A stretch of 64,000 bases of DNA, taken from positions 1 through 64,000 of the forward strand of contig CAXXFK010000015.1 in the NCBI GenBank assembly GCA_963663965.2, given 5' to 3'. Each line of letters opens with the position of its first letter. Positions within the stretch are counted from its first letter, which is position 1. The notes beneath the pieces are model-generated. The model was not told where the DNA came from. It did no database searches and saw only the letters and a list, made by a program, of their open reading frames with translations. A program made the translations under genes and the position numbers. Shown here piece by piece: positions 1-9,747 of this stretch. Source of the stretch: Sedimentisphaerales bacterium. Its GTDB lineage: Bacteria; Planctomycetota; Phycisphaerae; Sedimentisphaerales; SM23-30.

Positions 1-409
1 ACGCTCCCAATTGACCGGTCAGGATAATGATTTCCTTATCATCCACTAGTTCCAACCGGATAGACTCCACCGGCAAACAATCCGCATTTACTGTTTTATT
101 TGTCAATTTTGCCATCTCCCCGGCCACCCATGTATGATCAAAAGCCGGTTCGCGTGTACCTTTAACCGCGTCAACCAGAATAAATTCCCGCGCCCCATCA
201 GCCAGATCGTTTTTATACCAGAACCGGTTATTAGTATCAAACCAGTTGGCGCGAATCGATGTTTTAAACACCTTATTACGATATTCCCGTTCCAGGTGTT
301 CCGCCTTTTGATAACGCCCCAGGATATCCTCCGGGGTTGCCCCCCCCGCGTACAAACAGAATCCAGAAAAAACCAATCCGAGAACCAGAATCTTTAAAAT
401 GCTTTTCAT
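1..409 (-). CDS. N-terminal part of an exported DPP IV-like (S9B family) peptidase, running off the window edge
   Basis: Not in the ORF track. Hand translation from ATG 409 (SD AGGAG upstream) gives MKSILKILVLGLVFSGFLFVRG...KVFKTSIRANWFDTNNRFWYKNDLADGAREFILVDAVKGTREPAFDH. This has a signal peptide and resembles the N-terminus of bacterial DPP IV-type peptidases. The catalytic domain is outside the window. Confidence 0.7.
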   Translation of the reverse strand, partial: MKSILKILVLGLVFSGFCLYAGGATPEDILGRYQKAEHLEREYRNKVFKTSIRANWFDTNNRFWYKNDLADGAREFILVDAVKGTREPAFDHTWVAGEMAKLTNKTVNADCLPVESIRLELVDDKEIIILTGQLGA

Positions 410-461
410 CGTCACAAAACTCCTGATATTAATTAAACATTTTAGCGTGATTTAACGCATA

Positions 462-1460
462 TTATTTCCCCTGTCCCGAATCGTCAAACACAAAAGTCCC
501 AACCAGCGGATAATGGTCACTGGCAACCGCGGCGATAGGATCATCGATCACATCAACCAGACGGCACCGTGCCGCCATTTGCTGACTGGCAAAAATATGA
601 TCGATAAAACTCCGATATCTTACCGGCTTTAATTCACAATGATATGTCGCCAGCAATGGATCCGCTTCAACCAACGGCAGTGTCAGACTGACCAGTTTTT
701 CCTGATCCTCCCCTTTCAACATCACTTCCAATGCGTCACTGCCAACTCTTTCTTCATAGTCATCCTTCCCGAAACTGTCATTAAAATCCCCCAATAACAC
801 CAGATCCTTAACGGCGCTCTCTGCCAGGATTTCACTGCAAATCACCCGCGTCCGTTCCATTTCCCGTATCCGCCAACGGGTAACGTAGGTATTATTATTG
901 TACTTACTTTTGGCATGAGTCCCCCCTACCCAGAACAAATGCCCTTTCGGACTGCGAAACTGCACAAAAGCCACTCCCCGGCTGAATAGCCGCCCGCTTT
1001 CATTTTCCCGGGCCGGTTCAGGATCCTTTTCCAGGAAATACCTGTCCCGTATCTCAACCGGCTCAAATCCATTTTTGGCCATCATCGCGACATACTGCCC
1101 TTCAGTATTGCCCTCGAAAACCTTTACAAATTGATAGGCATCACCCAGCCACTCCCGGTTAACATACTCTAACCAATCTTGGCGGCAGCATTCCACAATG
1201 ATCAATATATCCGGCTGCATTTCGGGCAGCCCTATTGTCCGTTTGATTTCATATAGATCCTCTTCATCCCGCCATAGTTCGGTCGTATTCTGAGCCCTTT
1301 CCGGCATCTGATATTGATCAAACATTTTTGTCATCATCTCAATATTCCACGATGCAATCTTGATAGACTCTCCGCTATGGTCTGCCCACAACGACGCACT
1401 ATTACAAATGATGATTAAAATAAAACCCGCAATAGCATAGCCACAATTTCTCAACAACAT
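462..1460 (-). CDS. exported endonuclease/exonuclease/phosphatase (EEP) family protein
   Basis: Signal peptide; motifs SWNIE, THAKSK, LGDFND, IDHI, SDHYP. Confidence 0.88.
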   Translation of the reverse strand: MLLRNCGYAIAGFILIIICNSASLWADHSGESIKIASWNIEMMTKMFDQYQMPERAQNTTELWRDEEDLYEIKRTIGLPEMQPDILIIVECCRQDWLEYVNREWLGDAYQFVKVFEGNTEGQYVAMMAKNGFEPVEIRDRYFLEKDPEPARENESGRLFSRGVAFVQFRSPKGHLFWVGGTHAKSKYNNNTYVTRWRIREMERTRVICSEILAESAVKDLVLLGDFNDSFGKDDYEERVGSDALEVMLKGEDQEKLVSLTLPLVEADPLLATYHCELKPVRYRSFIDHIFASQQMAARCRLVDVIDDPIAAVASDHYPLVGTFVFDDSGQGK

Positions 1461-1717
1461 TATTTAGCTCTCCTGTTAACAATATAGCAGTCATTTATCG
1501 GAACTTACAAAATCTATAATCACCGATTATAAATTCAACATCAATCTAAAATTCTATAAAACCAAAGCATTTATGGACTATTAAAAATCAGAAATATAAT
1601 GTTTATCACAAAATAAGGCGGTCCAATAATCAACTTTTCCACAAATTTAATCTAACCAAAAGCCCAATATTATCCATTTTATCTTGACAGATGGTTTTTG
1701 AGACTGTCTATTTTGCC

Positions 1718-1746
1718 TTGACAAATTTAATAAATATGGCGATAAT
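1718..1746 (+). promoter_or_regulatory. sigma-70-type promoter for the sigma factor gene
   Basis: TTGACA-17 nt-GATAAT, 38 nt before ATG 1785, with SD GAGGA. Confidence 0.65.
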
Positions 1747-1784
1747 ATTATTGAAAGAGCATAATCCTTAAAGAGGATAAATAA

Positions 1785-3494
1785 ATGGCTCCATTCCATA
1801 CCAAATTTTTCACCGACCTGCTTTTACAAGCAAAATTCTCCCCAGAAAAACAAAAGCTTAAACAATTGGATGCTTGTGAAAGCCTTTTGCAGATCGTTCA
1901 AAAAGATAAATGTTATCCAATCGACTTTATCTGTTACCATATTACTGGCTATAGACCCAAACAAAAATCTATAGAGCAGGAAATGGTCTGCCATGAAGAT
2001 CTGATTCAAGATATTCCGGTTTATAGTGAAAAATTAAGCCGGATGATGCGCATACCATCAGGCAATACCAAAGGTAAATTTTACACCAACGCTTCACTAG
2101 CAAAGCACTTTCGAGTAAGTGAAAAGACGATAAGTCGATGGCGAAAAATGGGATTAGCTGGACGTTACTTGGTCTATCCAGATGGTCGGCTCCGCCTGGC
2201 ATTCAGCGATAATGTAGTTGACACTTTTATCCGTATCAATCATAAACGCGTCGAAAAAAGTGCTTCTTTCAGCCAGATCCTTCCTGTAGAAAAGCATGCC
2301 ATTGAACAAAGGTTGATCAAGTGGGCCGCCCGTTATCCAGATCAACGCTCTGAAGCCATACGCAGAACAGCCAGAAAATTCTCCCGTTCTATAGAAGCTA
2401 TCCGGTCAATATTAATCCAGTTGGAATCTCAAAAAGACTTGGACCGTTTTTATAAGCGGACTACCGGACTTTCTGAAACGGAAGGACAAGCTATTTACGA
2501 GGCTTATCGTAATGGCATTGCGGCCGATGAACTTGTTATTCAGTTCGGTCGTAGCCGGGCCAATATTTATCGGGCAATCAACCTGTATAAAAGTCGCGAA
2601 TTAGTTGAAAAGAACATTGAATATACTGACTCCCATGAATTTCAGTCACAAAATGTCTCATCCATTTTAGACGCCCCTCAAGATTTATTTAAAAATTCTG
2701 TTCGGAACACAAATCATGTAAAAGATTTTGCCTCACCCAACCTCGACTCACTGGGGCAATACATTCATGATATTTATAACTATGAAATGTTAACTGCCCG
2801 CCAGGAGTTTTTCCTGTTTCGTAAATATAATTTTCTGAAATATCTGGCCGAACACGAACGCTCCCAACTTGATTCATCAATGCCATCTGGACGGGCCATG
2901 AATCGGATCAGACTCTACTTGCAACAGGCTAAAGAAATACAGAACCAGTTGCTAAGTTCTAATTTACGATTGGTCGTTCATGTCGCCCGAAAACATGTCA
3001 ATAATGAAACAGACATGCTGGAATATATCGGTGAAGGAAACCTGACGCTGATCCGTTCCGTTGAAAAGTTTGATTTTACCCGTGGCAATAAATTTTCAAC
3101 CTACGCGACCTGGGCGCTGGTAAAACGGTATGCAACTCTCAAATCGAATGCCGCCCGTCAAACCATATGCGTCTCTGCTGACGAAGCCCTCGACATCGCC
3201 GATAATTTACGCGTGCCGGCCAGTCAGATTCCAATTTTGGAGGCGACCCGCAAGAATCTGGATCAGATCCTTACAGATAACCTGGAAGAACGGGAACAGT
3301 TTATTCTCCGTGAACACTTTGGCCTGTCTGAGCAAAATGAAGATACGGGTTTCCGCCGCCCTCGAAGTCTGACCCAGATAGCCCAACTTGTGGGACTTTC
3401 TAAGGAAAGAGTGCGTCAGATTGAACTTTACGCCCTGAAAAAACTACGGAAAGTCCTATCAGTAGACCAGTTTGAATTACTAACCCAGATATAA
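1785..3494 (+). CDS. sigma-70 family RNA polymerase sigma factor with a long multi-HTH N-terminal extension
   Basis: Region 2 NLRLVVHVARKH...EGNLTLIRSVEKFDFTRGNKFSTYATWA; region 4 LTQIAQLVGLSKERVRQIE; N-terminal HTH-like segments. Confidence 0.9.
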   Translation: MAPFHTKFFTDLLLQAKFSPEKQKLKQLDACESLLQIVQKDKCYPIDFICYHITGYRPKQKSIEQEMVCHEDLIQDIPVYSEKLSRMMRIPSGNTKGKFYTNASLAKHFRVSEKTISRWRKMGLAGRYLVYPDGRLRLAFSDNVVDTFIRINHKRVEKSASFSQILPVEKHAIEQRLIKWAARYPDQRSEAIRRTARKFSRSIEAIRSILIQLESQKDLDRFYKRTTGLSETEGQAIYEAYRNGIAADELVIQFGRSRANIYRAINLYKSRELVEKNIEYTDSHEFQSQNVSSILDAPQDLFKNSVRNTNHVKDFASPNLDSLGQYIHDIYNYEMLTARQEFFLFRKYNFLKYLAEHERSQLDSSMPSGRAMNRIRLYLQQAKEIQNQLLSSNLRLVVHVARKHVNNETDMLEYIGEGNLTLIRSVEKFDFTRGNKFSTYATWALVKRYATLKSNAARQTICVSADEALDIADNLRVPASQIPILEATRKNLDQILTDNLEEREQFILREHFGLSEQNEDTGFRRPRSLTQIAQLVGLSKERVRQIELYALKKLRKVLSVDQFELLTQI

Positions 3495-3549
3495 AACTCA
3501 GAACAACGTTCGCCACTTATGTTCATAAACCCAGGTCGTTGTTTACCCT

Positions 3550-4266
3550 ATGCAAGAAGATTATTTCGGATTACCCAAGATTGCCTGGCTGATGGCCAGT
3601 TTGTTGATTATTTCACATTGGTTCAGACGCACCCAACTGGGCCGGAATGCGTTTTTGCGTTCGCCTTTACAGACTCCCATTGATCGGGTTTTAAGCCTTT
3701 TGGGATTCAAAGGCAACTGGAAAGCCGCCTTACTGACAGCTCCGGTCTATAGTTTTACTTTTTTTGGCCTGTCTTTTGGCATACTTGGATTGACAATCGT
3801 CATTGGCGCTGCCCTCGGATACGATCAGATCCAGCGGCACGCAACGCTCGAACAACTCAGTCATACCCGGGATTTAAATCAGATTGTTCTTATCTGTTTC
3901 AATGCCGCCATCGTTTCCCCTTTTTGTGAAGAGTTTTTTTTCCGTGGCTTGATCCAAAGTGGCATTATTATGCTCATAACGATCTTTTACCATCAAGGCC
4001 ATTCTAATCAGGATCTACTGCAAGCGGAATCTCGCCCAAAGATGATACCCAACAATATCATAAGATGGATTGGCATTCTGCTGGCCTCGTTCTATTTCGC
4101 TACCTGTCATGAAAACCGTCAGCACTGGCCGGCGCTTTTTGCATTGGCTGTCGGTCTTGGTTATAGTTACGAAAAACAAGGAAACCTGTTTTCTCCATTT
4201 GTCATCCACGCTTTATTCAACGCGCTTGTTCTGACTGTAAATCTCTGCTTTCCGGAACAATCTTAA
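3550..4266 (+). CDS. CPBP (Abi/CAAX) family intramembrane metalloprotease
   Basis: EEFFFRG, F-x3-H (FATCH) and HALFN motifs; several TM segments. Confidence 0.88.
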   Translation: MQEDYFGLPKIAWLMASLLIISHWFRRTQLGRNAFLRSPLQTPIDRVLSLLGFKGNWKAALLTAPVYSFTFFGLSFGILGLTIVIGAALGYDQIQRHATLEQLSHTRDLNQIVLICFNAAIVSPFCEEFFFRGLIQSGIIMLITIFYHQGHSNQDLLQAESRPKMIPNNIIRWIGILLASFYFATCHENRQHWPALFALAVGLGYSYEKQGNLFSPFVIHALFNALVLTVNLCFPEQS

Positions 4267-4278
4267 CAGGAAGATTCA

Positions 4279-4710
4279 ATGAAACGTTATTATGGCATTA
4301 TAATTCTTGTTGCGATTAGTATCCTTGGATTCACTCTGGTTATACCTTTACCAGCTGATCCTTCTTCTGCTGAACCGAATCGGCTTTGTGTGGTATGGTC
4401 GAGTGCGGACCCTGATGTGGCGAAAAATGTCTGTTTCATGTATACACGGGCAGCTCAAACATCCCATTGGTTTGATGAGGTCCACCTGATTGTCTGGGGA
4501 CCATCTGCACAATTACTGGCGACCAACCCGGAAATTCAAACCAGTCTGAAAACACTACAGGAGGCAGGAGTCGTTGTTGAGGCTTGCGTCGTTTGCGCCA
4601 GGCAATATGGCGTGGCAGATCGCCTCAAACAGTTACAGGTTGACGTAAGAGGTATGGGACAAACGCTTAGTGACCGCCTGAAATCGAATTGGAAAACTCT
4701 GACATTTTAA
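4279..4710 (+). CDS. DsrE family protein with N-terminal signal/anchor
   Basis: VHLIVWGPSA and VEACVVCARQYGV motifs; hydrophobic N-terminus. Confidence 0.8.
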   Translation: MKRYYGIIILVAISILGFTLVIPLPADPSSAEPNRLCVVWSSADPDVAKNVCFMYTRAAQTSHWFDEVHLIVWGPSAQLLATNPEIQTSLKTLQEAGVVVEACVVCARQYGVADRLKQLQVDVRGMGQTLSDRLKSNWKTLTF

Positions 4711-5234
4711 TGATCAGGAGATCGCTGTAACGTCGCTTCAATTACCCGGGCCACCACATAATCCGGTAATTTCATTAAACCGGGAACCATTTCATAATAT
4801 TTGATAATACTCTTATCCGGATAGGCGCCCGCCTGTTCGATTAGAAGTCGAACCTTTCTGGCAAGATGTTCTGTACGCTCATTCTGGTCGGCCAATTGAC
4901 GCGCCGCATTAACGAGTTCCCAATACTCATTCCTGGCATCGTACCAGTTCAATTCCAATTCCAATTCAAAGGCGTCTTGCGGATCACCCATACTGAACAG
5001 ATACTGGACACCAATAGGATTATACATTTCAAGGCGCTCCGTAACGAACGCCTCACACGCCTCGTATAAAGCGTCATATCGTTCTTGCTGATCATCGGCA
5101 TCACCATACCGCTCCAATTCTTTTTTGAGAACATCCCCAATCCGCTTCGAACAAAATGCCCTGTTTTGTGTTAATATTTCATAAAGAGCTTCATAATAAG
5201 CGTTCAATAAAATCCGGGTTGGTGTCATAGGCAT
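4707..5234 (-). CDS. hypothetical acidic helical protein
   Basis: 175-aa ORF with SD-like AGAGGA; overlaps the DsrE stop convergently; no family recognised. Confidence 0.65.
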   Translation of the reverse strand: MPMTPTRILLNAYYEALYEILTQNRAFCSKRIGDVLKKELERYGDADDQQERYDALYEACEAFVTERLEMYNPIGVQYLFSMGDPQDAFELELELNWYDARNEYWELVNAARQLADQNERTEHLARKVRLLIEQAGAYPDKSIIKYYEMVPGLMKLPDYVVARVIEATLQRSPDH

Positions 5235-5281
5235 CGTTCCTCTAATACGACAGGAACATAAACGGATTAATCATCTCGATG

Positions 5282-6763
5282 TTACTTCCAATATAAGCGC
5301 TCATCTTTTTTCCAATGTCGTATCTTGGAAAAATAAGCCTCACGATTCGGTTCAAATTCGGGGCTGTTCTCGTGGGTATGACATACCTCACACGCCATGA
5401 ATATCGTCTGGTATGGAGGGATTTTATTTCTTAATGCCATCGCTGCCGCCGACTCACTCACATGTTTGGCTCCGGGACCATGGCAGGCCTCACAACCGAC
5501 TGACGCCAGATCAGGTGTTTCGGCCATCGAAATATAACCGCCGTCATACCGCATGGCCACGGTATGACAACCAACGCATTCAGGATCAAATTCACGGTCG
5601 ATCTCTGGTTTCATCAGCGTCTCCATCGCATGAGCGTGTTTAAATTCACTCCATTTATCAAAGATCTCTTTATGGCAATAAGCGCAGGAAGTATTGCCCA
5701 CAAAGCCATTCTCTTCATTCAGCGCAAGTCTGGGCATCAATGTTTCATTTGCAATCAGATTCTCTGCCCGCAAAGCCAATTGATAGTTATTCATATGCTT
5801 GACGATGCGAGGATCACGCGGATTATGCGAATCGATTTCGACGGAAGACAATTGCCCCGCACGTACTACTCCGACATGATCCACAGGCAACCGGACTTCT
5901 GCCATGTATTTCCCCATGATTCCCATACTGAATATCAGGGGGCCATCAACCGGACCTGCCGTTACTGGCTCAGGCTCATCCCCATAGCCTTGAGTAACAA
6001 TTAAATCAACACCGTCAATAGTTGCCAGCTGCTCTGGAAGCCCTTCAGTATCGGAATTGATCATGACAACAACAAGTTGATCGTCTGCATTTACAGAGGT
6101 TGATTGCTCTTCAAGGGCTTGCTGGACCGCACGGACAGGGTCGGTCAGAACGACCTTTTCTTTCAGTGTGGCGTCCTGAACACTCTCCGGGTCACAAACC
6201 GACAGCGCCAGACATGCCATCGACCGTTGATCGATATGGATAGTTGTTGTGATCCAGGGATGTACGGGATAAATTGACCGGCCTTCTTCACTGAGATTGG
6301 TAAGTATGATTGGTGGACACTCCTCTTCGGACAACCCCAGGTTTTCCTGCCATACGACCAATTCCATCGGAGTCAGGCTGATTCCATCAAAACCAAGCGT
6401 TTTAAAGCTCCGTAAAAATACTTCCAACTTCAACTGGCTTTGGCGATCATCGGCCAGAATTAATGGTCCGGAGTCCAATAGTAAACGGCTTTGTTGATCT
6501 GGACTCAGTTTCAAAATTGTGTCCGTACGTCGATCGATGCCGCCCCTTTGTTTGTCTGTACATCCGCATGGCTCAATATGCGACCTCCAGTTTCCCGAGA
6601 TAATCGCCACAAAACCGGGTTGTTTTTTTCCCATGGATAGAATTGAATCCGGCTGATTTTCCTGACTCGACGGATTGCATCCCGTCCATAGCGATAATCC
6701 GGTCATCAATAGAGCCATAAATGCAAAACTGACGATAGACTTGTTTGATATCCCTGAAATCAT
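5282..6763 (-). CDS. lipoprotein: degenerate UshA/5'-nucleotidase-like domain fused to a tetraheme c-type cytochrome (c554-like)
   Basis: Lipobox LWTGC; EPCGC...GGIDRR; four heme motifs CAYCH, CVGCH, CEACH, CEVCH. Confidence 0.85.
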   Translation of the reverse strand: MISGISNKSIVSFAFMALLMTGLSLWTGCNPSSQENQPDSILSMGKKQPGFVAIISGNWRSHIEPCGCTDKQRGGIDRRTDTILKLSPDQQSRLLLDSGPLILADDRQSQLKLEVFLRSFKTLGFDGISLTPMELVVWQENLGLSEEECPPIILTNLSEEGRSIYPVHPWITTTIHIDQRSMACLALSVCDPESVQDATLKEKVVLTDPVRAVQQALEEQSTSVNADDQLVVVMINSDTEGLPEQLATIDGVDLIVTQGYGDEPEPVTAGPVDGPLIFSMGIMGKYMAEVRLPVDHVGVVRAGQLSSVEIDSHNPRDPRIVKHMNNYQLALRAENLIANETLMPRLALNEENGFVGNTSCAYCHKEIFDKWSEFKHAHAMETLMKPEIDREFDPECVGCHTVAMRYDGGYISMAETPDLASVGCEACHGPGAKHVSESAAAMALRNKIPPYQTIFMACEVCHTHENSPEFEPNREAYFSKIRHWKKDERLYWK

Positions 6764-6791
6764 CTTTACATTATCCCGGCGAACAGTTCAG

Positions 6792-6827
6792 AAAAAAATC
6801 TGCTTGCAGCCACACGGCCGCAAGCAG
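6792..6827 (-). terminator. intrinsic terminator between the DUF1573 and cytochrome genes
   Basis: Minus strand CTGCTTGCGGCC-GTGT-GGCTGCAAGCAG (12 bp, one GU) followed by A and T7. Confidence 0.75.
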
Positions 6828-6856
6828 GACGATTCAAATGGAACGAATATTCCATT

Positions 6857-8008
6857 TTACTGTTGAGGTTGCACGACCTGTCCGTAACAGTAAACCCGAA
6901 TGGTATCATTCGGATACTCTTTGATCGTAATCAATAAAGTATCGCTTACATAACGGGTTGCGACATTCTTAGCCTCTTCCGGATCAACGGTCATTTCGAT
7001 ATCAATCTGATAGCCATCACTGGTTTTCTTGGTGCTGACGACCTTGACAAATCCCTTTTGACTGGTTATTTCCCCCAGTTCAAAATCTTCCGCAAAATTA
7101 GAAACTACTTTGACATTTGCGCTGGATGGCACCCCCGGTTGCAGAGCGGCAAAACGACGGGTTGGCGGATGCGCAACTACCGGCAATACGGAATTATAAT
7201 AGATATTCACGCTGCGCGCCTTGGGATGGCTGGTCGTAATAGTAATAATACCGCTATTTAACGTGCGCAGTTTATTCATATCCACGGTATACTTGAGTTC
7301 GTGCTGGGTGGCCGAAACCGATGGATCAAATTCCACTTTAACGACTTCATCCCGGCAGGTAAACCCTGTCACTTTAAATGCTTCATCCGTCGCGCTGGAC
7401 AATTTGATAATACCACTGTTATCTGCATCCTTTCTGATATTGAATGTAATCCGTTCAGGATCAATATCGATAAACTTTCTGATTTCTGCGGTAAAAGTTA
7501 AAGTCAGCGTCTTGGGCTTACTCGGAGCCTTAACATCCACCCAGACATTTTTTGAAACCTTTCCCGGTGCGTTGCCTGGATTATAAACGAAATCCAGTTC
7601 CACTGTTTCATCCGGCGCCAATTTATAGTTTTCCAGTTTAACTACCGTACAACCGCAACCGCTTCTTGGCGGGGGGATTATTTCCAACGTCTCTTTACCT
7701 ATATTTTTCAGAACAAACTTTCCTTTTTGTTGAACCCCCGGTTCAATCAAGCCAAATTCATAAACCAGCGGTTCGGCCGTTAATACCCCACCACCAGCGG
7801 AATTTACCTCAACCAATGCCGAATTGGTATTGTTATTACCAGATGGGGTATTTTTTGGCATTGGTTTATCAATTTCCTGATTTTGAGCAGTTTTCACATC
7901 GGGTATGACATTCGTGCCGGTGTCGGAACTTTCCGGTTTCTGGCATCCGGATATCACAATCAGCAAAAAGATCGACCCGAGCAAAGCAAGTAAATTCCGC
8001 TTTAACAT
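6857..8008 (-). CDS. DUF1573 (Ig-like) domain lipoprotein
   Basis: Likely start ATG 8008 (SD AGGAG); lipobox ISGC; YEFGLI...FVLKNIG...SGCGCT typical of DUF1573; further Ig-like repeats. Confidence 0.8.
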   Translation of the reverse strand: MLKRNLLALLGSIFLLIVISGCQKPESSDTGTNVIPDVKTAQNQEIDKPMPKNTPSGNNNTNSALVEVNSAGGGVLTAEPLVYEFGLIEPGVQQKGKFVLKNIGKETLEIIPPPRSGCGCTVVKLENYKLAPDETVELDFVYNPGNAPGKVSKNVWVDVKAPSKPKTLTLTFTAEIRKFIDIDPERITFNIRKDADNSGIIKLSSATDEAFKVTGFTCRDEVVKVEFDPSVSATQHELKYTVDMNKLRTLNSGIITITTSHPKARSVNIYYNSVLPVVAHPPTRRFAALQPGVPSSANVKVVSNFAEDFELGEITSQKGFVKVVSTKKTSDGYQIDIEMTVDPEEAKNVATRYVSDTLLITIKEYPNDTIRVYCYGQVVQPQQ

Positions 8009-8142
8009 AAAAATTCTCCTATCAGTTTGGCTTTCAATATACAGGTGTTTGTAGATTTTAAGAAAATAATTATCAGTCACATGTTATTTTATCGGTGAAA
8101 ATCAGGCAAGGAATATTTCAAAGTTGTGAAAATCTAAACACT

Positions 8143-8171
8143 TTGACTTTACCTGAAAATTTCGATACTCT
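8143..8171 (+). promoter_or_regulatory. candidate sigma-70 promoter for rimO
   Basis: TTGACT-17 nt-TACTCT. Confidence 0.45.
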
Positions 8172-8263
8172 TTAATAGTACCTTTTTTTTCCAGAATAGC
8201 ATTTGAAAAAGTGCTTATTTACTAAATATTTACATTTTAACCACTTAAATACTGGAGTCCCCT

Positions 8264-9658
8264 TTGCCCTTTAATGAAGATCCGCTTTGCGTTAAATTTA
8301 TCTCTCTCGGATGCGCCAAAAATCTGGTAGATTCGGAAAAAATGCTTGGTCTGATCGGCTTGGCCGGTTTTGCTCTGGTTTCGCCCGGTGAACAAGCGGA
8401 TATTACCGTCATTAACACGTGTGGTTTTATTCAAAGCGCACGGGATGAATCATTTGAACATATCCAGAATGCTATCGATGAAAAAAAAACCGGTCAGACT
8501 AAATATATTCTGATTGCCGGCTGCCTGGCGCAGTCTTGGAAAAGCAAACTTCTGGACAAATTTCCACAAGTCGATGCTATCATTGGACTTAACGAGAGAG
8601 ATCATGTGGCGGATATCATCCGATCTCATTTTGTTAAAACAAGCCACTCCGGGCCAATCCATGTGTCTGACCGGCCTTTTAATCTTGTCTCCAACGATCG
8701 CGAGCGGTTGCGTCTAACCGACCCCAGTTGGGCCTACTTAAGAATCAGTGAAGGCTGTGACCGGCATTGTACGTTTTGTGTCATACCCGATATTAGAGGC
8801 CCATTCCGAAGCAAACCGCTAAACGCAATTCTTGCCGAAGCGCGGGAAATGATTGACGATGGCGTGGTAGAACTTAACTTAATCGGCCAGGAAACCAGCA
8901 GTTATGGTGTGGATATTGGCTTGCAAAATGGATTATCAGACCTTTTATACGCCTTAAATGATTTGCCTGGATTGCAATGGGTACGAATATTCTATATGCA
9001 CCCGGCCACTGTAACTTCAAATCTGATCGATACCATTCAAAACTGCCCTAAAGTCAATCCCTACATCGACATTCCCCTACAGCATATTTCTGATCGCATT
9101 TTAAAATTAATGAATCGGAATATTGACAAATCTCAGACAATTGAACTTCTCAATACTTTTCGTCTTAAAATCCCGGATATTACTATCAGAACAACAATGC
9201 TCATTGGATTCCCAACCGAATCAGATGATGAATTCAATGAATTGCTTGCATTCATCAAAGAGTTCCAGTTTGATGCCCTCGGAGCATTTCAGTACTCCAA
9301 CGAACCCGGATCTCCGGCATACAGAATAACTCCTGCCCTTCCAACCGATATTATTGAGTCTCGCTATCATACCCTTATGGCGGCCCAGCAGGAAATCGCT
9401 TTTTCCAAGGCCCAAGATAAGATCGGTCAACATCTGGAATGCCTTATCATCGATCAAATCGATCGCCGCCAGGCAAAAAAATTGGGTCTCCCCGGTAAAA
9501 CACACTGGTATTATGGCCGCCATAAAGGCCAAGGGCCTGAAGTCGATCCGATAACCTATATTGCGGCGCCCGGACAGGCACAATGGATGCCCGGCCAAAT
9601 CATCTCTGTTCATATTACCAGTTCTCTGGGATATGATCTGATCGCTAAACCTGCCTGA
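8264..9658 (+). CDS. rimO: ribosomal protein S12 methylthiotransferase
   Basis: SLGCAKNLVDSE, INTCGFI, radical SAM CDRHCTFC, YIDIPLQH, C-terminal TRAM with PEVD; TTG start with SD GGAG. Confidence 0.95.
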   Translation: MPFNEDPLCVKFISLGCAKNLVDSEKMLGLIGLAGFALVSPGEQADITVINTCGFIQSARDESFEHIQNAIDEKKTGQTKYILIAGCLAQSWKSKLLDKFPQVDAIIGLNERDHVADIIRSHFVKTSHSGPIHVSDRPFNLVSNDRERLRLTDPSWAYLRISEGCDRHCTFCVIPDIRGPFRSKPLNAILAEAREMIDDGVVELNLIGQETSSYGVDIGLQNGLSDLLYALNDLPGLQWVRIFYMHPATVTSNLIDTIQNCPKVNPYIDIPLQHISDRILKLMNRNIDKSQTIELLNTFRLKIPDITIRTTMLIGFPTESDDEFNELLAFIKEFQFDALGAFQYSNEPGSPAYRITPALPTDIIESRYHTLMAAQQEIAFSKAQDKIGQHLECLIIDQIDRRQAKKLGLPGKTHWYYGRHKGQGPEVDPITYIAAPGQAQWMPGQIISVHITSSLGYDLIAKPA

Positions 9659-9747
9659 TGCTGTTTTACTGTTTTGACTTATCCGCCGGCATGATCCATT
9701 TTTCCATAATCTGAAAAATAGTTTTTATTCTTAAAATATTTTACAAA

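Noticed and set aside
6555..6575. Selenocysteine recoding in the UshA-like cytochrome
   Set aside because: Both codons of the CGC motif are Cys (TGC, TGT); no in-frame TGA
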